Assembly (NCBI RefSeq): GCF_006345805.1
Contig: NC_042998.1
Span: 151,466,001 to 151,530,000, forward strand
Source of the DNA: Octopus sinensis
Taxonomy: Eukaryota
Direction: 5' to 3'
DNA: 64,000 bases
This document shows, piece after piece, positions 36,890-50,204 of the stretch (position 1 is the stretch's first letter; the number at the start of each line of letters is the position of its first letter). Made by a program: the position numbers and the translations under genes. Under the pieces are notes generated by a model. That model made no database searches. It was not told the origin of the DNA and saw nothing but the letters and a program-made list of their open reading frames with translations.

Positions 36890-38620
36890 ACAAAATGAGA
36901 TAACAAAGCCAAGACTGTGAGGAGTTTTCAGGACAATTTATAAGGAAAAAAATATAGATATAGTCTTACAGTTGTTTCTGGGATTTTATGGATATCCCTT
37001 CATCAGAGATGATATGAGACGATTAAATAGAGGTAAATATTTGAGTTCGAAATATGGAATTATTATGGAAAAGGAGGAAATAAGGAATATAGAAGGAAAT
37101 AATAAAATGAAAGTAGAAATAAAATATAAAATGTTGTCGTTGGAGTTCCATTATTCGAGTAAAGTGGTGTATAGAAGTGGTTAAAAGTTCCAATAGAAGT
37201 TAATGTTTAGTCATTTCAAAGTATGGAGATGTGAATTCTGTGTTGCTCATTCGAAGGAGTTTTGTAGTGTGAATGGAAATTTGAGAATGGGGTGGCAGAG
37301 ATGTGTATGATTAGAATGAGGAGATAGATCAAAATGAAGACATAAGAGAAAATCAGAGGAAGAAAGAGAGAAAAAATAAGATAAAAATTTTTAAAATAAA
37401 GAGAGAGAAAAAAGAGGAAGAATAAATGAAAAGAGTGAAAAAATGTGAAAAAGGGTGAAAGAAGTGAGAAGTGAAGTGTTAGTTGGAGGTCAAGATAATG
37501 TGAGGGGAGGATGGGAGAGGAGTGAGTTAGGGGTGGGTAGGATGAGAAGAGAAGGTAAAGAGTGAATAAGTGTGAGATATGTGAGTAGGGGTGATATGAT
37601 AGGGCTGCGTTAAGGGGTGGGTAGAGAAAAGGTATGGGTGAGAGTAACATTTAAAGTGAAGGGAAGAATACAAGGGTGGCAAATTTCTGTAAATAGACGT
37701 ATGTGATAGATTAGTGTGATAAGTAGGAATCAGAGAGGAGGAAAGAAGGTATAATGACATACGCACGCACGCACACGCATACATATACATGTGTACATAT
37801 GCACATACATGCATACACACATACATACGCGCAGGAGCACACGCACTTACACATAGTCACACGTATGCGCACTTACAGGTACTTACGTATAGATATATAC
37901 ACATGCACACACTCATATATATTTGTATATACATATGCACGTATATATACATACATATATACATACATACACACACACACACACATATATATAAATACAT
38001 ACATACACACATATACCGACATACAAATACATACATACATTAAAATACATGCACACACATTTACACACATATATCCGCTTCTATGTCCATATATGTAGTA
38101 TTAAATGACTGAGATCCTTAAAGTAAGATAGGGGAGTTAAAAAATTAAAGATTAAAAATTAAAATAGAGATAAAGGAAAGTTAAGTACGGTTGGTGAGGA
38201 TTACCTAAAGGGTGTTGTGGATATATGCAGTGTGATTATTTAGTTTGCATTTAGATTTGTGATAAAATTTGAAGGTATGAAAAAAGCGGTGGTTGCATGT
38301 ACTTAGAGCCTCATTATATTTAGTTAGTAGTGTCCAGGAGTTGTGTTTTAATATGTTGAATACCTCTTTTAGGCATTGCTTACAGGCTAAGTGTTGACCT
38401 TGTTATGGAAACCCTGAATTTAACAAGGACCATGACAAGATGTAAGAAATATTTCTACTTTTGAGATGATGTATGTGACTGGCGAGTTTTGTAGATTTAT
38501 TGTGTTTCTCGTATCTAAAAGAATTGTGATGAGTGGTATATCACTGTTTGAAATTTATGGTTGATCCTATATATATGGCTGTAGAATTGTGTAATGTGTT
38601 GAGGGCGGTGCATTTATAAG
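36890..38620 (-). mobile_element. Old PLE (GIY-YIG at 38250-38620, 3' UTR/pLTR running down to ~36890)
   Basis: Minus-strand decayed frame AIYIGSTINFKQ*Y..H.NSFRYEKHNKSTKLASHIHHLK.RNISY.LSW; HHR in the 3' region. Confidence 0.65.
36963..37010 (-). ncRNA. Type I HHR motif
   Basis: ATCT-CTGATGA-A-GGGAT-ATCCATAAA-ATCCC-A-GAAAC-AACT-GTA-AGAC. Confidence 0.7.
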
Positions 38621-38639
38621 TTACATTAGATCATCTACA

Positions 38640-39190
38640 ATGGATTATTTTTAATTTTATTTTTTCTCTCTTTTCTCATTTTCTCTTCATGTCGCTACTC
38701 TCTTCATTTTGACCTATCTCCTCATTCTAATAATACACCCCCCCATATATCCACAAATATTACCAATACATTCTCAAATTTTCATTCACACCACAAGACC
38801 CTTCGAATGAACAAAACAGTTTCTACAGCTCCATACTTTGAAATAACTAAAAATGAACTACATTTCAAAGTATGGAGCTGTACCAAAGTATGGAGCATAC
38901 CATGTACAGGAAACTTTTCTTACCACTTCTGTACACCACTTTACTCGAATAATGGAACTACAACGTTTTATATTTTATTTTCACTATCATTTTCTTATCT
39001 CCTATATTCCCTATCTCATCCTTTTCCGCAATAATTCCAGATTTCGAACTCAAATATTTACCTCTATTTAACCATCTCACATTGTCTCTGATGAATGGAT
39101 TACCCATAAAATCCCAGAAACAGCTGTAAGGCTATATATATTTTCCCTTATTAATGTCCTGAAAGCTCACAGCCTTGGCTTTGTCATCTC
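38640..39190 (+). mobile_element. Inverted, diverged pLTR copy homologous to 36890-37400
   Basis: CTCTTCATTTTGACCTATCTCCTCATTCTAAT and TTCGAACTCAAATATTTACCTCTATTTAA are shared in opposite orientation. Confidence 0.7.
39084..39132 (+). ncRNA. Type I HHR motif
   Basis: GTCT-CTGATGA-A-TGGAT...ATCCCA-GAAAC-AGCT-GTA-AGGC. Confidence 0.68.
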
Positions 39191-39212
39191 ATTTTGTCTA
39201 ATATATATATAT

Positions 39213-39708
39213 ATTCCCTGACCCTACCTCCCAACCTGGCTCGTTCCCCTGCTCCCGCCCACGTTGCCGCACTTGCCCATACCTCTCCAACACCACCCTC
39301 CTCATTGGCACCCATCATCGACCCTATCGCATCATCAACTCCTTCACCTGCACCTCCAGCAATATTATCTATTGCGTCACTTGCTCTCTCTGCCATTCCC
39401 TGTACATCGGACAAACGGGACGCCGCTTGGCTGACCGGTCCGCGGAACACCTTCGTGACGTCCGCCTTGCGAACGACACACCGGCCTCACGCCATTTCCG
39501 CTCCACCGGTCACTCCTTGCAACACCTGTCTGTATTCGGTTTGTCCTTACACAGAGGCCATCCGGATTCCCTTTTGCACCGTGAACAGGAATTAATCTTC
39601 TCTCTTCGCTCTTATACGCCATTTGGTCTCAACTCTCCCCCCTCCTCATCTAACCCCCCTTCTCACCCCTCCTCATCTAACCTCCCCCCCGACCCCTACT
39701 TCTCTTGA
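39213..39708 (+). mobile_element. Neptune-type PLE 3' end with an uninterrupted GIY-YIG frame, C-rich
   Basis: Frame is open 39202-39708: PGSFPCSRPRCRTCPY..FTCTSSNIIYCVTCSLCHSLYIGQTGRRLADRSAEHLRDV..RHF..EQELIFSLRSYTPFGLN. Confidence 0.9.
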
Positions 39709-39867
39709 GTCCTTCATCCTTTCACCCCTACTCCTCTTCCCTTCTTCCCTCTTTCTCCCTCCCTCCTTCTTCCCTTCGTACCTTCCCTCTTTCTCTCTGC
39801 TCCCTCACTCCCTCTCTTCTCTCCCCTCTCCCTCTATCCTCCCTCATCCTCTCCCCTCCTCTTCTCT

Positions 39868-39967
39868 NNNNNNNNNNNNNNNNNNNNNNNNNNNNNNNNN
39901 NNNNNNNNNNNNNNNNNNNNNNNNNNNNNNNNNNNNNNNNNNNNNNNNNNNNNNNNNNNNNNNNNNN
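39868..39967. other. Assembly gap (100 N)
   Basis: Run of N. Confidence 1.
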
Positions 39968-40010
39968 AGAGAGAGATGAGGAAGAGTGAGAGAGAGAGAG
40001 AGAGAGAGAG

Positions 40011-40048
<38 letters not shown>

Positions 40049-40192
40049 AGGTAAAGCAAAGAGATAAAGAACTTTCGTGTCATAATTATATATAAAACAG
40101 TACTGGGAGAATAAGAAGTCTCTGTTTTATATATGTTTGTATGTATGCATATATTTTATTTATTACACTATATATATATATATGTGTATATT

Positions 40193-41262
40193 AAACTATG
40201 GTTGCAGAACCAGCAAATATAAGGTCATCCACGTAACATTTCATATCTCGAGCATTTAATCACATAAAGCTTTTTCTTTCACATAGAATATACATGTATA
40301 CAATCACAGAAGATGAAACACAACTCATCAGTACAAGCATATAACAAAAATACAAGAAAAATTTGTGAATACAGTTCATCGCTGTTAAAAGTTAACGATT
40401 AATACTTTAGCGACTAAAACATTTTTTTTTTAAACATTACAACACCTAGAATAATAAATACATAACGATATAAAGAAATATATAAATATATAGATATATA
40501 AAAAGATATAAACATACATATATATAGGAAGCATATAAATAAGTAATATATAATATATAAGGTAAGAAGAAAGTTCATCCTTTAGAAATTTTTTTCGATT
40601 AAAAATTACTTTTCAAGATAAGGGAAACCTATAGTTAAAAGCCAGTGTCCAAGCAAAAACGAAGAAACCATATTTACATTCCCTATGGCCATTTCAGGAG
40701 TACATCACTGTATTTAATGCATGAGGGTGCATCATAATAATTACTCCTTCGTCAGGGGAAAAAGAAAGAAACAGACATCACGTACCAGGGTGAGACCTCC
40801 TTAACCAAACCTAACACAATATTGCGTGGTTTCTTATTTAAGAAGTCATGCTTAGACCAGTCCAAATGAAAGAATTAAAACAGTAAAAAAAGTTTTAAAA
40901 AAAGTTTTTAAAAAATAAATAAAAAGCACCTTAAAAACCCCCCGATATTAATGGGTGTATTAAATTAAATTCAACCTCGATGGTTTCAATTCCATGTAAG
41001 AGCTAAATTATTTACTTGCTACAACTTATTTTATTCCTATACACTTTAAGAAGGTAGATGAAATTTATGGATGCAAAAAGGAATCACGTCAGTAAATTTA
41101 TTCAGAGTGTGTGGTCCATAACACCCGAGGATGGTAAGGGATTCCCTTATGCACAGCTTACACTTGCTAATATTCCCTTTGAAATTTGGGATTGTAGAGA
41201 CAATGGACCATTCTAGATAATAATGGATGACCTTATATTTGTTTGTTCTGCAACCATAGTTT
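40193..41262. mobile_element. Candidate non-autonomous TIR element, ~1.07 kb
   Basis: 39-bp inverted repeats at 40193-40231 and 41224-41262, 37/39 identical. No ORF recognised. Confidence 0.45.
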
Positions 41263-41355
41263 GATATATTTGTCTCATTTAATTGAGCACTTCTATAGCA
41301 GTCCTAAAAAACATTTTGTTCCTGATAAGAAACAATCACTTTATTATTGATATTG

Positions 41356-41402
<47 letters not shown>

Positions 41403-41763
41403 TGTGTGTGTATGTATGCACACGCAGATTTGCACATGTATACACACTAGCACACACATATGCTATTGTCCAATTAAACTGGCGAAGGAATAGAGTGAAA
41501 TGAAGTAGGAAATAGATTAAGTGGTGCTGTGGTGTGCTGGATTGGTGTAGTGAAATGTTGTGTTGGTGTGTGGAAGCAGCAGTGGCCACAGAGGTGGTGC
41601 TTGCTGATGGTGTTACTGTTGGTGTAAGTGGTTACATATTGAGGACTACATGAGTTAATAAAACGTAAAGACGACACGGCAGAACCCTTAGCGACTGTTA
41701 ATTACTAGTGGTTGCGGCGGGGAAGTTTCCGTAGTAGCGAGAGACTGAGAGAGAGAAAGAGAA

Positions 41764-41798
<35 letters not shown>

Positions 41799-42059
41799 AG
41801 GAGAGAGAGAGAGAGAGAAAGAGAGATAGAGAAGGATGAGGGAAGGAATAATGGGGAAGAGAGGAACGAAACATACAGAACAAAAGAGTCAAAAGGAAAG
41901 ATGATCGGAAGTTATCTAAATTTTTGACTTGGTTATAGTTGTCCATATTGTTGTATTGTGTGTGTGAGTGTGTGTGTGTGTGTGAGTGTTTGTGTCTGAG
42001 TGTATGTGTCTGTGTGAGTGTGTGAGTGTGGGCTATGCAGTTGTGAGGCTTGTGATATA

Positions 42060-42760
42060 TTGGAGTAACACTTCTGTAAGTGTTGGTGATGGTGCAACAC
42101 TATGTCTTGGTGTGTCACCATAGGTGTTGGTATTGGTGCTGTACCGTATGTGTTAGTGATGGTATGTCACCGTATGTGATTGTAGTGTATCGCCGTATGA
42201 ATTGGTGATGTGTCCCCATTTTTGCTGGTGTGCTGGTGTTTCACCATATGTGTTGTCACCAACACACAAAGTAACACACCACCACCCACAACTCATACGA
42301 TGACCTACCACCATCAACACATGCAATAACACATCAGCATTCCCAACATATATTGGCAGACTACCACCAGCACACATAGTGACACACGATCACCAATTCA
42401 TACGGTGATTCACTACCATCATGCTGGTGGTATGTCACTGTCTATGTTGGCGATAGTTTGTTACCATGTGTCTGGGGTGCGCTAGTATATCACTGTATGA
42501 ATTGGTGCTGGTGTTTCGTTGTATGTGATGATGGTGATGTTTAACTGTATGTATTGGAAGTGATGTCACCGTATGCGTTGGTGATGGTGTATCACCGTAT
42601 GCGTTGGTGGTAGTGGTGTGTCACTGTATGTGTTGGTGGTAGTGTGTCACCGAATATACTGGTGATGATGAGTCACTCTATGTGTTGATGGTGGTGCATC
42701 ATTATATGTGTTGAGGGTGGTGCGTCACTGTATGTATTGGTGATGGTTTTTCACTCTAAT
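42060..42760. repeat. Degenerate ~26-bp minisatellite (GTGTCACCGTATGTGTTGGTGATGGT-like) with an internal inverted block
   Basis: Recurrent TCAC(C/T)GTATG..TTGGTG units; orientation flips at ~42265-42425. Confidence 0.75.
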
Positions 42761-43076
42761 ATTATTCACAAGACTATTATGCTCGAAGGGGATCATCCAA
42801 GTATATCGGATTATGTCACATACATTCGTCCTTTATACAGAATTAACATGAATAGATATAGATCTACCTCCAATGAGTCCTTTGAAATGTAATAATGCAG
42901 GGCATTATTGTGTTATTCCGTTGGCGAAACTTTGAGTAGTAGCTACAATTATTTCGAAAACTGCATTAAATTCATTAGATATTATAAATTACTCTACATT
43001 TTATTAAGTTCTCTCTACTTATAGTATATCAATTCAGATTACATGATATATATTTTAATACAAGGTATATAGTTGC

Positions 43077-43149
<73 letters not shown>

Positions 43150-43874
43150 GTATAATTGCGCGTATATATATATATATATGTATAAAGATAGATAGATAGA
43201 TATAGATATGTATATGTATATACAGCACCTATACATATAGATATCTATATATACATGCAGAAAGCGAGACAAGCAGGCTTAAAGATATGTTTTTGTGTAT
43301 TTAAATGATTGTATATATAAACGAAGATACAATTTAAGTAAAGTGTTTTTGCTGTCTATCTATCTATCTATCAATCTAAAGACACATTTACACATATCAC
43401 TAACCAAATATACTTAATTATGTGCTTTGTGTATTTGCCGGTGGGCTGCTATCGGCGCGGTGGAGTATATACTCTCCCAAAGTGCCGAATGTTAAGACAC
43501 CTCAGAGTCATGGACAGGCGAGATAACTCACCTTCAATCCCATCTAGAAGTAAAGGACATCGATGCTTCGCCATTTTTGTGGCTTGTCAGCATCACGTAT
43601 TCTACAGAATCGGAAGGACATCGCTAGTCCACATCTTATATGCTCATGGCATGCAAAACCATATATAGGTAAGCCCGGAAAATGCATACGTATGAATAAA
43701 TTTAAATCTGAAATGGAAGCAGCTATAGTATAATGAATATCATTAACCACATATACGTTAAGTACATGTGATAAATGATATTTATCATACTAGAGCTGCT
43801 ACTATTTCATATTTAAATATATATATATATATTTATATATATATGCTTGTATGCATGTATGTTGTATGTATGTA

Positions 43875-44739
43875 TACGACTTGTTCTGTAGCGTAGCGCA
43901 CCACTAGATGACAGCACACGTTTGCATGTACAGTGAGAGCTAGCAGTGTGCCGAGTAACATCGATGTGTTTACTTCGCTTGTTGTGAAATTTGTTTTTTA
44001 TGGTCACGTGTAATTTGTAATTTGCTATTTTTGTCACGGACTATAAGTTCGAATGAAGAGCCAACGTGAGATTTTGCTCTAAACTTGAGAAGTTTGCTAC
44101 AGAGAGATTGAGTATGCTTTGGCAAGCTTACGGCAACGAGCCCATGGGTCATACGCAATGTTTCGAGTGACGTGGGCGCTTCGAAAGCGGTACGACAGAG
44201 AAGCAATTCAGTCAAGAGTATGCTTATTGCATTTTTCGATATCCCCGGTATTGTGCATCGAGAGAATTCGTTGCCCAGCGCCAGACCGTCAATCGAGAGT
44301 TCTACGGCGACGATTTGAAGCGTTTCAGGGATGACATTTGGCGAAAGAGACCGGATCTGTGGAGCGCGAAAAATTGGATTCTTCACGAAGACAATGCACC
44401 ATGTCACCGAGCTCTCCTCAAAAGCAACGCGGTATTCCTTCCGCACCTGCTCTATTCATCAGATTTAGCAGCTGCAGACTTCTATCTCTTCCTCAAGATC
44501 AAAATGTAGCTCAAAGGTGACCGTTTTAATACGGTTGTCGAGATCCAGAGCGAATCGCAAAAGGTCTTCGACTCACTTATGAAAACGACTTCCAGGCCGA
44601 ATTCCAAAAGCGGCAGGAACGCTGGGACCGGTGTGTTGCTGCGCAAGATGACGATTTCGAAAATGTAGTTAAAACTTCGATAAATAAGTTATTTTTTATT
44701 AAACATAACTAGTCCAGGAACCTTCTGTTACCACCTCGT

Positions 44740-44740
<1 letters not shown>
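43875..44740 (+). mobile_element. mariner relic, internally deleted
   Basis: ANVRFCSKL N-terminus; RRKRP..WILHEDNAPCH, HLLYSSDLAAADFYLF, W..CV C-terminus; right TIR ...CCACCTCG followed by TA. Confidence 0.88.
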
Positions 44741-44835
<95 letters not shown>

Positions 44836-45495
44836 ATATTATTATTAATATCAGGAAATCAATATTAGAAAATTCTTCAGAAATATATATATGTGTGTAA
44901 AATGATTGTTGTATTAAAAATATAATTATATATATATATTTAAATATGTATAAGTATAAATATGTAATGTATATGGCAGTTCAAAGTTTTGGATTAAGTT
45001 TTTAAAGCATCTTATGATCGTTTCACAGAAGTGATGTCCCTATAATGTAATCCTATATTGATAAGCGTTTATAGAAGATTCTTCTGCTCTTCAGAGATAT
45101 AAAATTTGAATTTTGTATAATATATCGAATGGTAGTTTTTTTAAAATATGAAGTAATATGATAAAATGGTGTTTGTTTGAAATATAAATTGAAAATTAAA
45201 AATTACTACTTTTGATTTTTGTAAGAACACTTTAGTATGAGAGTCTTTAAATCCATATATGCTTCCTTGGAAACTCTTCTGTAATAATCCATAATAGTTA
45301 TGTGTAAAATCCATTATATTGTCCTGTATTCCAAATATACTTCATAGACTTAGATAATATAGAAAAATTGAATCGTGTGTTGGTGACAACACATATGGTG
45401 AAACACCAGGACCTCAGCATGAATGGAGACACATCACCAATTCGTACGATAATACATAACTATCACAACTAACAAGGGGGCATGTATGAATTTCA

Positions 45496-45526
<31 letters not shown>

Positions 45527-45629
45527 TGGAGAGAAAGGAAGAGATATTTCCCGGACACGAATTCGCGTGGTTATGTTTATAATATATATATATAATGTGT
45601 GTGTGTGTGTATATATATATATATGTATG

Positions 45630-45690
45630 TATCTTATCTTAATCTTTGTATCTTGTTTCAGTCATTTGACTGCGGCCATGGTAGGGTACT
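45630..45690 (-). mobile_element. SINE family B 3' tail fragment
   Basis: TTGTTTCAGTCATTTGACTGCGGCCATG on the + strand. Confidence 0.7.
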
Positions 45691-45854
45691 GATCTGTATA
45701 TATATATACATACATGCATACATGCATACATATAGGCATACATGCATACATACAAACATACACACATACAAACATACATACATACATACATACATGCATG
45801 CATGCATACATACATACATACATACATACATACATACATACATACATACATACA

Positions 45855-45885
<31 letters not shown>

Positions 45886-46317
45886 GGATATATATGTTTA
45901 TACATAATGTTTACATTATTAGAGCTGCTTATAATCCAAAATTTAACTTTGTTTCACTTGTGCGGCATTGCTGCACGTCAACAGATAGATTGTATACTAC
46001 TTGCATATATATATATATACCTCAGACAAGCGATTCCAACTGACTTCGGGGTAACTCAAATCTAAGATGCCAATGAGTAGCAAAAACAGCGAAATATAGA
46101 TACCGATCGCCCTAGATCACCTGCAGGGCGAGTTGTCTCGTCTGGTTTGTGGTCTTCAATGTCTGTTTTTAACATTCAGTGCCTTAAAGAGACATTTCCC
46201 TCAGACGCAGTTAGTGAGCGTATAAACAAATCACATACAATAAGTATGTGACATCGATAATGTTATATTTCTACACACACACGCACACACACGCATACAT
46301 ATATGTATATTTATATA

Positions 46318-46400
<83 letters not shown>

Positions 46401-46849
46401 ATCTATGTATGTATATGTATATATGTAGACACACACAACCTCACACATACAGGCAACTGCTGACGTAACTGCGAAATTGCTGTTGTTCCAAATTTTACGG
46501 AAAGTGATTTTTTTTGTGATTGGTTGTGTACAAGTATCAGGAGATATATTAGTAATATCGTTGGGTTATGGTGGTGATGATGAGTTATGGTGTTAGCAAA
46601 GTTGGCACAATGAGACCTGGCACAATAAGAAGAATCGCTGTAATGCCAAACTTTACAAAATGCTTGATTTTTAGAGATCAATTCGTTCACTATAGATGAG
46701 GTCTTCCTATCAGTGCTAAAGTTAGATATATAAAAAATTGAATTCACATTATCTAGCACAGATACAATGAAACAGAAGATAGAACCATCGATGTCACACA
46801 ATTCGAAAGTTACTGAAAATCACTGGCTACTCGGTATCATATAATGGTC

Positions 46850-47345
46850 GTCTTTAAAATCCTAACGCCACTTCCCGCCCAAATGAAAGAACTCTCCCAA
46901 AACTTGTTTTTTTTTTGTAGGGTTAAGGCCTGAACTCATTAAACATGTTGAAGATGACTGACATTGTTTGAAAGAAGGAAGTTATATCAGACCGAAGAGT
47001 TGGTTTCACGACTTTTAGCAGAATGGGCAATAAGCTAATAGTTCAAGGTGTAAACCAGCAACTAAAAATATTTGCTCTTGCGATTTGTTGATGGCAACAC
47101 TAAGATTCACTGGGAATTGAAGTCATTTGAATTGAAATAGGACATTGTCTCCTGAATCTGTGAGACGGAGGCTCTTATGCGCTTATCATTTAATCGATGC
47201 ATCTTACGCTCAGGTGTCTTCTGAGTCCGAGCGACAGAAACTTGTGTTTGAATATCATCAAGTCTATTCCTTCTCTCTTCGGGTTTCTCCTGAGCTCGCT
47301 GTAGATGCTTCGTGAGGGTCTTTCGACTCTGTTGCTCGTATAAAA
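46850..47345 (-). mobile_element. Helitron relic (PIF1-like helicase C-terminal motifs plus charged N-terminal-like repeats)
   Basis: Minus frame FQFK*LQFPVNLSVAINKSQEQIFLVAGLHL (~47043-47160) resembles the Helitron motif QFPVRLAFAMTINKSQGQ. Confidence 0.7.
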
Positions 47346-49424
47346 TTCCTTACATACATGCATACACACACACACAGATAAATAGACAGATATATGTATA
47401 TGTGCTTATATATATATATGTGTGTGTGTGTATAAATATATATATATATTATATATATATATGAAAAGGCACAAAACTACAGTCAACAAAAAATAATGAG
47501 GGAACTAAAATCCATGTTAAACCCATACGAAGCAGGGCTCACCGACAAAGAATATGATTATATGACCAATTTCACAAGTAAAACCAGCCAATTCTACGGT
47601 ATACCTAAGATACACAAAAGTGAGAAAATAAGCAACGCATGCAAGATAGCTACAGACAAAATAATTAAAGTCCCTAATCCTAATGACCTCAAATTGAGAC
47701 CCATAATAGCAGGTCCCGCATGCGAAACCCACCGCCTCAGTAACGTTTTAGACACCCTGTTAAAACCACTCCTCAAACATGTCAAAAGCTATATAAGGGA
47801 CGACTTGGATATGCTCAATCACCTACCGAATACTATAAACAAAAACACCATACTGGTATCCTTCGATGTAGTCAACCTCTACTCCAATATCCCCCACAAC
47901 CTAGGACTAGAGGCAATCCAATTCTGGCTAGAGAATCACGCCAACGAACTACCACATCGCATCAAAAAAGAATTCGTGATAGAAGGGGTTAAATTCATCC
48001 TGGAAAATAACTTCTTCGCCTTCAATGACAACTTCTACCGACAAAAATCGGGGATTGCGATGGGTACACAAATGGCCCCCTCCTTTGCCAACCTAGTCAT
48101 AGGATATCTAGAGATCAGTCTGTATCGTAAGGTTCTAGAAAGATATGGCAGCCCTTTCTCCATCTACATAGAAAACAACTGGAAGAGATATCTAGATGAC
48201 TGTTTCATTCTTTGGCATAAAAATATAGAAAAACTCATAGAATTCCAGGAAATTTTAAACGGACTGGACGTAAACATCCAATTCACGATGGAATATAGCC
48301 AGCAACTACTTCCCTTCCTCGATATCCTCATTAAAAAAGCTAATAATGTAATAGAAACAGACATATATTATAAGCCTACAGACTCTAAGCAATATCTTCC
48401 ATTCAATTCATGCCACCCCAGACACACCAGGATGAATATCCCCTTCAATCTAGCAAAAAGGATATGCACTATAGTCTCTAATGCAAACACCAGAGACACA
48501 CGACTACAAGAACTAAAAGATACCCTTATCACCAGGAACTATCCACCTTCACTTATTGACAAGTGCATTCAACGTGCCCTTCAACTTAACATCAAGGAAC
48601 TGAGACATCCCAAATCAAAGAAAAACTTACGACCAAAAGCCTTACCATACATCTCCACACACAACCCTCTCAATAACGAAGCCTTCGGCACCATCCTCCA
48701 CAACATACCCCTCCTAAAAAAGACCACAGAATGAACACAATCCTCCAAACACACACGATCATAAAAAGCAAGAGACAGCCTAAATCCATGAAAAGTCTCC
48801 TAACACAAGCCCGAATTCACTCTTCAACACAGAAGCCGACAGTAAAAAAATATGGAAGACCCAATTGCGGGATATGCGACTATCTAATTGAGGGATCAGA
48901 GTTCTCCTTCAAACAGGGACAACGGTTTACAGTGAAAAGCAACTTCACATAGGCTTTGGAGAACCTAATATACTCACTAACCTGCTCCGGGTGTCAAGAG
49001 CAGTACATAGGCCAAGCAAAAAATAGTTTGCGTAAAAGAATGGCCCTGCACAGATCCCAGATTAAAATTCCCCAAAACAGAAAAATAGCTTTTAGCCAAC
49101 ACAAGATACTTGCGCCAACAACAAAACACCAAGCTTCAGGATTTTCCCCCTCTACCAATTTAGGGACGATACAACCTCGAGACAACGAATAAGTAAAGAA
49201 ACTCTCTTTATTACAAAATACAGGCCACTTCTTAACGGGTCTACGACAAACGATTAATATACCTCAACTTTAGAATAAAAGAAATACACACACAAATATT
49301 ACATTCCAAAGAATCCATTACTAATCAGCCCCAATCACAGCTATAATCCATAACATGCCAACTTCAAGTCATACAACACCTCACTACTTTCACCCATTCA
49401 TATTCTCCCTTCTCTGTTTTCTTC

Positions 49425-49555
49425 TTCTTCCTCTTCTTCTTCATCATCATCATCATCATCGTCGTCATCATCATCACCACCATCATCATCATCATTTTCT
49501 TCTTCTCCTTCTCCTTCTTCTTCTTCTTCTTCTTCTCCTTCATCATCATCATCAA

Positions 49556-49590
<35 letters not shown>

Positions 49591-49675
49591 ACATCGTCAT
49601 CTTCTTCTTCTTCTTTTTCTTCTTCTTCTTCTTCTTCTTCTTCTTCTTCTTCTTCTTCTTCTTCTTCTTCTTCTG
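49425..49675. repeat. (TCT)n/(TCA)n array inside the PLE 3' UTR
   Basis: Directly visible. Confidence 0.95.
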
Positions 49676-50028
49676 CTCCACCTTCTACCTCTTAACTTTA
49701 TCACTAATGCTTTTTAGTAAAACACCTACGCAAATTCCATAAACAAACCTCTCAATAGAAATATTCTCCTGAATTGAACTGCAACTGCTAGCCGTCACTG
49801 ACCATTCAAAATACAACAATCAAGGCACTCCCAAATTTTTCCACCCCCTCTCCTCATCAGCCTTCTTCTTCTTCTACCCTACCAAGAATTCACATCGACC
49901 TCGAACACACAAGTGCAAACAAGGGAGCCAGAGAAAGGCAGAATGCCACTTATATCTGAACACTATACAAATATTCCTTTAAAAAAACATTTCTTCTAAT
50001 TTTTCTAAATTTAATTATTTAATCGTTA

Positions 50029-50066
50029 CAGTTGAAAAGGTCTCAAAATGGCCGAAACCGGTACTG
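50029..50066 (+). ncRNA. Minimal type I HHR, U3:A8 core, 3' of the PLE ORF
   Basis: CAG-TTGAAAA-GGTC-TCAAAAT-GGCC-GAAAC-CG-GTA-CTG. Confidence 0.72.
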
Positions 50067-50156
50067 AAATGTTCTTTATAAAATTATTTTAGCATTTTCT
50101 ATTTTGACTTGTTTTTTCATATATATCAACTCGTGTGTTCCTTTTCACCCTTATAC

Positions 50157-50204
<48 letters not shown>

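Larger units (their letters stand above)
47462..50150 (+). mobile_element. Neptune-type Penelope-like element, most complete copy: 412-aa RT frame (47496-48734), frameshifted GIY-YIG (to ~49230), 3' UTR with microsatellite and HHR
   Basis: RPIIAGP, SFDVVNLYSNIP, GIAMGTQMAP, WKRYLDDCF, LPFLDI..TDIYYKPTD..SCHP; GRPNCGIC; LIYSLTCSGCQEQYIGQ. Flanked by (TA)n. Confidence 0.93.

Noticed and set aside
39194-39595. Pro/Ala/Ser-rich 133-aa ORF
   Set aside because: Alternative frame of the C-rich PLE GIY-YIG coding sequence.
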